Shown here one piece after another: positions 52,666 through 64,000 of a stretch of DNA of 64,000 nucleotides. Position 1 is the stretch's first letter. Each line of letters opens with the position of its first letter. Both the position numbers and the translations under genes were made by a program. The DNA comes from Dimorphilus gyrociliatus (lineage: Eukaryota > Animalia > Annelida): contig CAJFCJ010000010.1 in NCBI GenBank assembly GCA_904063045.1, positions 930,001 to 994,000 on the forward strand, given 5' to 3'. The notes beneath the pieces are model-generated. The model was not told where the DNA came from. It saw only the letters and a list, made by a program, of their open reading frames with translations, and did no database searches.

Positions 52666-53156
52666 TTTAAGAATACACAATTAAATGATTTTATATCTTA
52701 TCTGATTTTATTTCACTTATATTATCAGTTTAAAATCAATCAAATAACTATATTTTTGTTATTAACTATTATAATATCTTCTTTAAGAAAGACGATGGAG
52801 AGGTCTTTCAAGGTTGAACAACATTTTATTTTGAGATGCATAATATATACATAAATTTATACATTTACATAAATCATGAATATTCACCTTGAACTACTTT
52901 CTACAAAGGAAAAGAAATAATAAAGAATAAATCATAAAGTAGCTATTTTTAAAGACACGTGTAAGGATTTATTGGCATAAGCGTATTTTCTTTTTATCTT
53001 AGGGGCGTTTCTCCTTCTTTGATTGTATATATAAGTTTAGTATAAATTGTATTTGTTATTGGTACACTTTTGAAAAAATCACAAGTATTTCATCAATTTA
53101 ATTGGATTATCAAGAAAAGACGGAAAAGAAATAAATAACAAATAACTCGAGCAATT

Positions 53157-55251
53157 ATGGATTCAGATATTGCTCCTCTTATTGATGAGGAACATAATAG
53201 AAATATGTCTAATCCAGGCACTGATTCTAACAACCGGCTGTCTGTTAGGAGAAAATTGAACGCCCTCGGGATATTAGTAACGGAAATGTGCGAGCGAATG
53301 ACGTTTTACAGGTTATTAACCTCTAACGTAGCTTGCTCTCTTAAACAATAGTGTATAAGGTTAAAACTTCTATTTTAGTATATCGGGAAATATTGTAATA
53401 TTTTGTCAAAATATGCTGAAATTTTCATCAGCAACTGCTGCAACCATAAATGGGGCATTCATAGGTTAAGAAAAATCATATATTTTATCATTTTCTCTAG
53501 TAGTTTAATAGCTATATATTTACAATTAGGAACATGTTATTTTAGCCCAATTCTGGGAGGAGCCATCGCAGATTCGTACGCTGGTAAATTCAATACTATA
53601 CTTGGGGCGAGTTTTATATATTTCATCGGTAGGATGATCTTAATTATTCAAGTATTCTTTTAAGACGTTTAAACTTGATTTGAAGGTACATTAATTCTAC
53701 CGTTAATTTCTTTGGATTATCAACATTTTAATTCGTCTTATTTTTTATCTCTGGTATGTTAAATCTTCTATTTTAAATGCCTAGTTTTCTATTAATTAAT
53801 AAGAATTTTCCAACAGACTTTTCGAAGGGTACTTTTCTTTTTTTCAATAGTGTTCGTAGCAATAGGTACAGGAGGTATTAAGGCAAACGTTGGACCTTTT
53901 GGCGCCGACCAAGTTAAAGAGGGAGGTTCAAAAGCAGTTGAAGTATTCTTCTTCTGGTTTTATTGGTTCATCAACTGCGGAACAATATTTTCTTTTACTG
54001 TGGTAGTTTATTTACAACAAAACGTTAGTTTTGCAATTGGATACGCAGTACCTTCAGCAGGAATGTTGATTGCAATCAAAATATTTTTAGCTAAACGAAA
54101 CCACTACGAACATCCAAAAATTCAAGGTTTTCACAAAAATTAAGAAACAAAAAAACTTAAATCAGCTTTTCACATTATAACTGAAACAATAACCTTCGTT
54201 TAGGGAGTGTACTGAAAAAAATGTTTGGTGTAGGCTTTTATCTTCTACGAAATTGTAGGAAAAGAGGAATAAATGATGCTAAAACATGCTTTGATAAGGC
54301 AAAAATAAATTTCGGAGGACCATATTCTAATGAAGATGTTACTAATTTTAAATTACTTTTAAAAGTTATTCCAATATTCTTATTTACAATTATTTATTGG
54401 ACTTTAAATACACAGGTACTCTTCTTGTATTCTAATTTATTTTTCATACTTTACATTGTGCTTTATATATCTAGTCGGGATCATATTTTGTTATTCAAGG
54501 AGAGCGTTTGAGAGTTAAGGTTAACTCTTTTACTATACCAGTTGCTTCGTTGAATATCTTCAATTCTGTTTGTATTATGCTTTTTATTCCCTTGATGGAT
54601 AGGGTAATTTATCCTTTAATGGATAAATTTGGTAAAAAGCCCACACAACTACAGAGATTAGGATTTGGAATGATTGTAATAACAACAAGCTTTCTTATAA
54701 GTGGAGGTTTAGAGATTGTTAGAAAGAAAGATATAGAGAAGAATGGTGTCATTCAACAAGTTATCGGTGATAAAACTTACAATGCATCACACGTTACCAT
54801 TCTCGGGCAAATACCTCAATTTGCTCTAACTGGAGCTAGTGAAGTGTTCACAAGTATTACCAGTTTGGAATTTGCATATTCTCAAGCACCAAAATCGCTG
54901 AAAAGTGTAATAATGGGAATAAACTTGATGATGACTGGTTTAGGTAGTTATTTGGGATCTCTTCTTATAAATGTAATAAAAAAAGCAACGGCAAATGGTA
55001 AATATTGATTTTTTTCTAGAAATTATTACATATAGTAAACTATTAAACTATTAATTACCTAATTAGATCCATGGTTACCGGATGATATTAATAAGGGAAA
55101 ACTGGAATATTTTTTCTTTTTGTTAGCTGGCTTAATGGCCTTAAATTTCCTAATATTCATACCAGTTTCAAAATCGTATCAATACGTGACAAAAGAGACA
55201 GATGAACTAGGAGAAGACAATGCAGAGGAGGAACATAAAAATGAGAATTAG
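53157..55251 (+). CDS. SLC15/POT-family proton-coupled oligopeptide transporter (SLC15A3/A4-like), 8 exons
   Basis: EMCERMTFYS (ExxER motif), SPILGGAIADSYAGKF, GTGGIKANVGPFGADQ, FFFWFYWFINCG, QIPQFALTGASEVFTSITSLEFAYSQAPKSLKS, NKGKLEYFFFLLAGL; N-terminal DIAPLI ([DE]xxxL[LI]) sorting motif; stop TAG 55249-55251. Confidence 0.92.
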
Positions 55252-56148
55252 TTAATCTATTTATATAAAACTATATTTAAATCAAAAACTACAAACGTTT
55301 CATTATAATGAAAATGTTAAAAAATTGATTTATGATTAATATACAACATATTTTATTTATATATATATATAAATATTTTCAATGCGATGTATATAAACAT
55401 TGAACTTGTTAAAAGAGACTAGTGATCTTGCTTATGAATGAGTTATTTCCACGAAGAAAGTAATTGATTGACAAAATCTATATTGATTGTAAATCAATAT
55501 TAAATCAATTATCGATTGCAAAGAGTATTTATGCTTATTGAACAAAATTTTCCTGTATTGAACACCATATTCATTCAATATAGCGATTTCTTACAAAACA
55601 TCCGACAATTTCTTTTATTAATTAATTCAAAAAATATTTTAAAATGTCAATGAATAATTTAATTATTCAACAATTCAAATGATTTAACAGACATCAAACG
55701 TCTCCGATTAAAGAAAATAAATTAAAGATTGAATATTTATGACGTACTTATTTTGAAGAACGATTTGCTGTAGTATATTAGAATATTCTGTTTGTAAATG
55801 GAAAAAGGTTTATAGCAATAGTCTTCTAGGTCAGGAATACATTAAGAAGTAGTGTTCTGTTTTTTAATTCATCGAACTATATTTTCATTGGCTGCTATTA
55901 TTTTAAACATGTAGCGCCCTCAGCTACCTTTCAAAATGTAGTTGCACATTAATACACTTATTCACATGATTAGATGAATTTGGAATTTATTTATTGGTAC
56001 TATTCTACTACTGTTCAGCATCTGCATTTGAATATTAAACCTTCAAGGTATATACTGCACTGGCCTAAATCATTTGAAGATATATTGCATTAAACTATTT
56101 ATAAATAAGTTCTTCATTGGATTCAAAGCTGCAAACATTAAAGAAATT

Positions 56149-59100
56149 ATGAAAATATCTAAAATTACTTTGTGGTTGCTTTTTAAAATTTCTTTATATA
56201 TTGAAAGTATTATTAACAATTTTTTATTTGTATTGTAATGTTCTATCATTTATGTCTATTTCTCTAGATGAAGCAGGAAATTGTGATCATATTTGTAGTC
56301 TGTTTTCGAGTTGTCAAGTTATACCTGGACTTTGCATGTGTAATGACAAATATGAAGAATTTTTTTGCAGCCATAGTAAGTATATTATAATAGTTGAAAA
56401 AAGAAAGCATTCCCAAGTATATCTTTCTTTTATAGGTAGATTTGCTAAAATTCTATTTCGACACGATAGTTCAGGAAATGATCTTGGTAGTTTCGAACAG
56501 GTTAATACCTTAGAAGAAGGTTTTGATTTGTGCAGAAATGAGCCTTCGTGTGTAGGATACTCAATTAGAAGAGAGCTTTTTGGCAGTTATAAAATCTGGT
56601 TGAAATATAAAATTATTTATCCTGTTCTTGGATCAACCGACGACATGGCGTCAGTTGCCATGTTAGGTGTTTATATACTTTTTTCATAGAACATAGCACA
56701 TAATTAGAAGGTGAAATAATTATTTTTAGATAAAAAACTGGGAATATGCGGAGACCCTTTTGCAACCGTACAACATGAACCAGAATGTATAGATTTATTA
56801 TGGAAAAATGTCGGTTGTAAAATCGGAACGGAAGCTTACTTGAACAATATAAATGATTGGAAAGGTGTTAAAAGAAGTTATGATATAGAGAATGAGATGC
56901 AAGTATTTAGTGAAAATTCAACACATTATTCATTACCATCATCTTGGGATTCAAGAAAAAGCGTCAGAGAAATGTGTTTTGGTGAACTATCACCTTCTAC
57001 GAAAAATATTGCAATTTATAAAATTGTTACATCTTCGCCTGTTTCTGAAAATGAACTCTTCCATCCCAATCATATTGTTGACGGTGTTGAAATGCAAGAT
57101 CCACTTTTGGGTGGATGCGCCCTACTTGAAGGAAAGCAGCCGTGGATATATATAGATTTATTGATACCTCATAAAATAAGACAAGTAACTCTTATCCCGC
57201 CGTCTTGCTGCTGTATGTAGATACATAATAAAAGTAGAGTTTTAATAAAATTTTGAATAAACATAGGTGATGATCAAATGGTGGATTTAAATTTAAAGCT
57301 TAAGCCACCGTCCGTCATTAATTCGGTATTTTATTATGAAATTTGTGAGCAGAATGTCTCTTTAACGACTGGAGAAAAGCTTAAAACAATTTTATGCAAA
57401 CCTCATATCAATCCTGGACAATATTTTAGTGTTTATTCAAATATTAACAAACACTTGGCAATTTGTGAAATTAAATTATTTACAGGTAAAAAATTTATAA
57501 CTGTAAAATATGAATACTTAATTAATCATTTTCAAAATAAAGATGACCTACTATTAAATAAAGAAGCGTTCTCCTCAAGCTATCATACGCCCAGTAGTAT
57601 GGCTTTCAATGCTGTAAGCGAATTTCTTACAGATTTCTACTTTCAGTCTGTTCCCTCACAGCATCAATGGTTCGGAGTTGATATGGAAAATGTTTATTAC
57701 GTTTACGGGGTAGATTTAAGTAAAAAAAACGCTCCGAATGCAAAATTTAACAATCTAAATATCTATTTAACAATTCAACATCCAAGTACTAATTGGACAA
57801 GTATTACTAAAAAATTATGTAATACTTTTATTACATCTGATTTTACAAAGAATTGGTATACTGTTTTATGTGAAAATAAAGAAACTTTCGGCAGATTTTT
57901 AGTTCTCGAAAAGAGAGATAGTGAATCGCTACAACTATATAAAATATCTGCATGGGGAATTCTTAAAAGTAGAATTACTGAAGATGATTACAGTATTAAT
58001 AAATTGAATTTTCAAAATCAACAGTTAATAGAGTATATCTTTATTATATTTTAGCCTTCAAAAATATTGCTTATAACAAACCGGTAAAAGCGTCCAGCAT
58101 GCTTGAAGATAACCTTGAAGGCTATGTTCCCTATGCGTATGCAGCTACTGATGGGATATTAAATTTTTTTATGTGTCACACAAATAATATTAAAGGTTGG
58201 GTTCAAATAGATCTACTTGGTGAATACAAAGTAAATTACATAGGAATGCTAACAAGAAGATACTGTAAGTTTAAAAAATTACTATTTTTATCAATTGTGC
58301 TTTTAATTAATTATCTAACTATAGATGCATATGTATATGCTAATATTAGGGGCTATTTGACAAATGTAAGCTTAACAACCGATCAAGCTATACCATTTAT
58401 CATACCCAATTGCTTTGATAATTCGGATGGAACTCACATCAGTGTTATTGCCGGAGAAATGAAATTCTGGAAATGTAAAGTTCCCGAACCTTTTGCTAGG
58501 TACACTGTATTATATAATTTAGGAACACAACCAGTAAAAGCACACGAAATTCAAGTTTTCGGTTATCCACTCAATCATTCAAGTATTTTCAAAAGATTGG
58601 AATTTATGTCAGCAAATTCAAATCATATGGGTAGTGCAAAAAAATATAAGACTATTTCAAATATTTTACCTGTAAAGGCTATTGATAAAAAGTTGCCACC
58701 AGCTTTTCAAAAATTCATGGCTAGTTGTACATCTGCAAGGGAAACTGGAATGCCTTCAAGAATAACTGTATTTTTGAACGCTACTCATATCATAGATGAA
58801 ATCATAGTACTTCCTTGTTTTGACTTACATGACGGTAATAGAAATTTATTGGATATAAATTAATAACAAATCACTATTTATAATAGAAATTTTAGAAAAT
58901 ATTGAATCATATGTTGAATATAGCAGGAACTTTAAATATCAAAAATGTGATATAATAGTTGGTGACAATAGTACATTACTTATTCCAACATATTTTCAAT
59001 GCCCACCGAAAACGGAAGGCGACCGAATATCAGTGTACAGAAATGATTCAAAAAGCTTAAGTATATCTGAGATTATAGCTTTTGGTGTTCCATCAGCTAA

Positions 59101-59546
59101 GAATTTAGGTTGGTTTTAATTGCTTTTGTTATTTAATAAGAATATTTGTATTATTCTACAACAGAAGCGGCTAATGAACAAGGTGAATAGATATGAAAAA
59201 ATAAAGATTTATAAGTCTATTATCTAAAATATATTAGTTGATCTATTTTTCATTTATTATAATAGAGAGTTGGAGATTTCTGAAGGAAGGATATAAGCTA
59301 CAATCAACGATTACTTATAGAACAATACAGGAATCTCTATCGATTTTAGATTGTTGGAAAGAGTGTAATAAAGAAAATTGTAAAGCCTTTTCCTATTCAA
59401 AACTGTTGAGTGAATGTATTGTTTCTAAGGAAAAATTGATGAAAGGCTTTACAATGGGTAAAATTGAACCGAGCAATCAAGAATTCGCAACATTTATCTT
59501 AACAGGATGTACGATTAACTGCGGACAAGACATCAACTGTTTTTAA
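56149..59546 (+). CDS. Secreted mosaic protein copy B (EGF-PAN-Cys-4x F-type-lectin-like-PAN), about 918 aa, 11 exons
   Basis: Exons 56149-56206, 56268-56375, 56436-56666, 56730-57212, 57267-57485, 57543-57968, 58055-58264, 58325-58834, 58896-59108, 59165-59182, 59266-59546 (2757 nt, open). Same motifs and intron positions as copy A. Confidence 0.8.
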
Positions 59547-59909
59547 TTATTTTGCTATGGTATTATTAAGTGAAAAACTCTTCTTTTACTTCAAAAGCAG
59601 ATTTATATATTTATTATAGTAAATAAACAATCAAATTGAAAATGTACCTGTTTTTTCATTTATCAATAGAAATATTCTATGAGTTAGTCATAATGGTTTA
59701 GAAATTGGTAACGAACCTAAATATTTACATTGATTTTAGCTTTTCCAAGTCTTATCTTTTTCAAATTCAAATGAAAAGTTGATTTATCGATTCTCTTCTC
59801 AAAGTATAGCCATTAGTGTAGAGGTCTCTTCATTCTTGAAATTAGTAACCTCCTGATCAAATATAATTTTAGAATCAGGATTTTCTAAAAGACAAGAAAG
59901 AATTGAAAA

Positions 59910-62900
59910 ATGAAAAGACTGAAGATAAAGATGATGATTTTCAAAAGTTGTTTTATTCTTTTAATATTCTCTATAGTGGCTTGTAAGTTAATGAATTATT
60001 CATTAAGCATTATAAACAGTGAATATTATTTTAAAAGGTTCTGCATGCCAGAGTGACGATGATTGTATTGCTAATGGATATTGTCAAGAAGGAAACTGTC
60101 ATTGTAATACATTATATAAGGGTTCCCTCTGTAACGAAGGTGAGGAGGAAACAAAAGACAATCAGAAATTTTTTTTACGATACTTTCGACGTTTTTATTT
60201 CAGGTAGAAGCATCAAGATCTATGATAATTACGTTTCTGAAGACTATCCTCTCACGCAGGAGCCTTTTATAATTTCTACTTATTCAGCATGTTATGATGC
60301 TTGCTTAAATAATACGAAATGCGTTGGATTTGTTTCTATGTTTTATACATCACAATTTCATTGTTCAATGCAGGAAATAATTTCCTATCCAATGATTTAC
60401 CGTTCACCGAAAGCATCAAAGAATTATACAACTATGATTCTGAAAAGTAATTTACCAGTTTTCATTTAATTTTCCTATCATAGCTTATTCACTTTGTCAT
60501 GTTGTTTTGTTTTGTTTTAGACAGCGAATACGGCGTTTGTGGATTAGGTAATATTACAGCAAGACACTCAGAAGAATGTATTGAATATTTATGGGAGAAA
60601 ACTGGTTGCGTAAAGAATAGTTTTTATTTTTTAGCAAAGTTATCCTTTTGGATAACAAATCTTAAAATCGACAATATAAAATATGAAATGAAATTTATAA
60701 GAAAAAATTCAGTACATATTAGCTACTCTCAAGCATTTAATGAACAGAATGAATGGTATAGAGTTATGTGCTTTGACCATATTTCTCCATCAATTTTTAA
60801 TATAGCGCTGTATAAAACCGTTGTTGTATATACATCCAACGAAACTGAGAATTCTGAACTTTACCATTATTCTCATATTGTTGATGGCGTTACAGAATCT
60901 AATCCATTGCTAGGCGGCTGTTCAAAGGCAACTTTTTGGATAGGAGTTGATTTACTTCAAGATTACTTCATTATTACAGTAGCAATTTATGCACCTACCT
61001 GTTGTTTGTATATTGAAATGTTTTAAAAGAGATATATGAGCTAATAACAATTTATCCATTCCTATAAAAAATATAGGTTCGACTCAAATTGTTGATATTA
61101 CTATTAACAAAAATCATATTCAAAATATAACTAAAAGACAGGAAAATCTTTGTATGGAGAATGTTTTACTTAATTCATCAAGTAGTAAGACAATGGTAAA
61201 TTGCTTGTTAACCGTAAGTTCCGGAAGATATGTTATTCTTAGTAATGCTCTTACAACATCTATGATAACTATCTGCGAAATAGAAGTATTCACAAGTAAA
61301 TTATTCTATTACTCTAATAAATATTTTGTATTGTATTTATTAAAAAAATTAGGTAATATATTATATAAACAACAACAAGTATATTCATCTGGAGTTTCGA
61401 AAACCTATTTTTCACCAAATTACGCTCTTAAAGAGAGGGTTTCTACTGGCTATTGTTTTGTTGCATCTTACTCAAGTACATCTTATGGTTGGATTACAAT
61501 AGATCTTCAAAACATATATCTCATATATGGAATTGATATTTTATCTCTTATTAACACTAGCCACCATATTGATATTATCTTGTCTAACAATAACAAAACT
61601 TCAGAAGGAAATTTTGAAAATGGAATAATATGCGGTAATGAAACTAATTTTATAGCAGACTATTACTCTACATTCTTCTGTAATATTAACAATTCTACTG
61701 GTAAATATATTTCTATAATAAAGAAAGAACTTGGTAAATTATCTATTTGCCAACTTGAAATGTGGGGTTTACTTATTGGAGAGAACAGTTTGTTAAATTA
61801 AGTCCAAAATTAAACAATTACTATGTAAAAATTATTTTTATAGATGAAAGTGCAGTAAATATCGCTTATAATAAACCTGTTTGGCAGTCGTCTCTAAAAC
61901 AAAATTCTCTCATTTATGCTCCCTACTTTGCTACTGATGGATCTAGTGGAATATATTTTGCAAAAACCTTGAAAATTAAATATTCTTGGTTGCTTGTTGA
62001 CCTTCTATCCCAGTATAAAGTATTGTGTATGTCTATCTTGATTCATCCTAGAGAAACATGTAATAAATATATATCAATGACTTTTGACATTTTTTCTATA
62101 TCATTGATCATTGTAGATTTGGGTCTATATAATAATATTCATGGTCATATTACTAGAAAACTATTATATATTCCTCTTAATTCATCCCTTTTACTGGCCT
62201 CCATGGTGGGAAATTGCTTTGAAACTAATTCAACAGAATCAGAAAGTCTGATTAGAGGAAAATTGAAGTTTTGGTACTGTAAGAATCCTAATCCGATCGG
62301 TCGCTTTTCATTACTATATACATCTCTTGACCAAAGTTTAACAATACCTGAATTGGAAATTTATGGAACTCCTGAATTTGATGCATATAGCGTTATAAAT
62401 ACAAGGACAGCTTTTATGAATTCAATTGATACAATTAGCACAGATTATCCAAATTATAAAAAATATGGCGTAAAAGCGGTAGACGGTTTTACATGTCCCA
62501 TAACGAATAACGTTATAATTCCTGGTTCAAGTTGCGCTATGGGCGTTGATGTAAAAGAGATAAAACTAACGGTGATTTTATCAAAGGTTTACTTAATTAA
62601 AGAGATAGTTGTTATTTTACCTATGAACAAATTAAGTATGTGTACAATAATTTTGCTGTCCTACTGAACTAAAGACTCTTTTCCATAGGAAGCGATTCAT
62701 TCAATAACGTATTTATATCTGCCGATCAAACAGCTGATCTAATCACCAGAAAACTTTGTAACTTTTATAAGAAAAATTATGAAAAAAATGTAACTTCATT
62801 ACCAATATATATTCATTGCTTGGGTGAATTATACGGCGATCAAGTTTCTTTCTATCGATCCGATGGTTTTAATAGATTAGAGATTTGCGAAATATTTGTG

Positions 62901-63332
62901 CTCGGTCGTAAAGCAAATTTTCCAGGTATTAATTATTAAAATATTAGTAATTTCATTCATATTTCTCATTTCACTAGCTGAAAATTTAGTTGATCGATTT
63001 GGTAAGTAAAATAGTACTTTGGTGAATTATAAAACTTAAATTAACCTTTATTACTAGTAAATGTATGGAGAATGGTTGAAAAAGGAGCAAGAATAGCTGA
63101 ATTATTAGTGTCAAATATCAAATTGAAAACAAAATCTATAACCGAATGTTCAAAATTTTGCTCAAAGACATTCTGTAATACTTTTACTTATTCATTTTTT
63201 AGTGAAAGTTGTCTTGTTTCTAATTATACTTTATCTCCCAAGACAAATAGTAGTACCATATTTATGTATAAAAATAGTGCATCCATTACAATGTCGAGTA
63301 TAAAATCGGTAATTAATCAGACATGCTACTAA
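59910..63332 (+). CDS. Secreted mosaic protein copy C (EGF-PAN-Cys-4x F-type-lectin-like-PAN), about 934 aa, 11 exons
   Basis: Exons 59910-59982, 60038-60139, 60204-60446, 60521-61003, 61077-61295, 61353-61766, 61844-62059, 62117-62635, 62689-62925, 62978-63001, 63058-63332 (2805 nt, open). The exon 4 donor (gtttgt) is weak. Confidence 0.78.
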
Positions 63333-63808
63333 TATATTAGGCCTATTAAGACCAACTTTCATTTAATGTTAAATATTTTTATTGATGGATTCTTGCAATA
63401 CAGATTAAAGAAACAATTTCATGTTTAAGCGTTCAATATTTGAAATTATTTTCATCTTCTTCGACGAGATATTATTAACAATAAACATTAGTAACTGTAT
63501 ATTATTGTGAGAAGATTTACAAAGAGAAAAGCATTAATTGAATCGATATTGAAGAGAAAAGGTGATAAAGATTTATTAAAAATATTGAACATTTTCTTTA
63601 TAATTTCCTTATTGACATTACATTTCGTGAAACGAGTACTTTAGAGACGTTTCAAAAAAAGGCTTTAAATGTAACATTTATGATATTGTTTTTCAAATGT
63701 TACCTTCTTTATGTAGAAAATAATTAATATATTGCTTATTCAAAATCACACTATTTATTGCCGAGGAGCGTTTAACCATACACTTCCAATGAGATTTACT
63801 GTTGAACG

Positions 63809-64000
63809 ATGCAATATTTTTATATATTCATCACTTCAATAACTATTCAAAATATTGAATTATCATGTAAGATTTTATTCATTTAACATAATAATTCTCA
63901 GTGGAGTCTAAAGTCTATAAATCACATATATAGCTGGCGTATGTCTAACTAATGACGACTGCTCTGAGGGATTTTGTATTGATGGAACTTGTACTTCTTG
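63809..64000 (+). CDS. Start of a probable copy D of the same family (signal exon plus EGF exon), runs off the window
   Basis: MQYFYIFITSITIQNIELS|gtaaga (phase 1), then an exon from 63934 encoding SGVCLTNDDCSEGFCIDGTC, matching the CxxDxDC EGF exon of copies A and C. Confidence 0.6.

Noticed and set aside
1-64000. CRISPR arrays, rRNA/tRNA genes, intact transposons
   Set aside because: No regularly spaced repeats, structural RNA signatures, terminal inverted repeats or transposase/RT motifs were seen; small degenerate elements cannot be excluded without RepeatModeler or Infernal.

Overview
AT-rich eukaryotic (animal) genomic DNA, gene-dense, with many very short GT-AG introns (about 44-80 nt). 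This fits a compact-genome invertebrate; the style suggests a lophotrochozoan such as the annelid Dimorphilus, but that is inference and untested. No CRISPR, rRNA, tRNA or intact transposon was seen. Hand-spliced models give 13 complete genes plus one partial: a CTL-like/WSC/CTL/mucin type-I membrane protein (-), PDE8 (-, 7 coding exons plus a probable alternative first exon), an alpha-arrestin (-), a stand-alone secreted transcobalamin beta-domain protein (+), a coiled-coil protein (-), an orphan 430-aa protein (-), a collagen-C1q protein (+), a galanin/allatostatin-A-type GPCR (+), an intronless bacterial-type sphingomyelinase C (+), an SLC15 peptide transporter (+), and three intact copies plus the start of a likely fourth copy of a divergent secreted EGF-PAN-Cys-4x(F-type-lectin-like)-PAN gene whose introns are all phase 1. 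A CTCF-like motif (TAGATGGCG) recurs in or next to genes. Highlights: the lectin-like tandem array, the single-domain candidate B12 binder and the intronless SMase. Most short ORFs in the supplied track are low-complexity noise.
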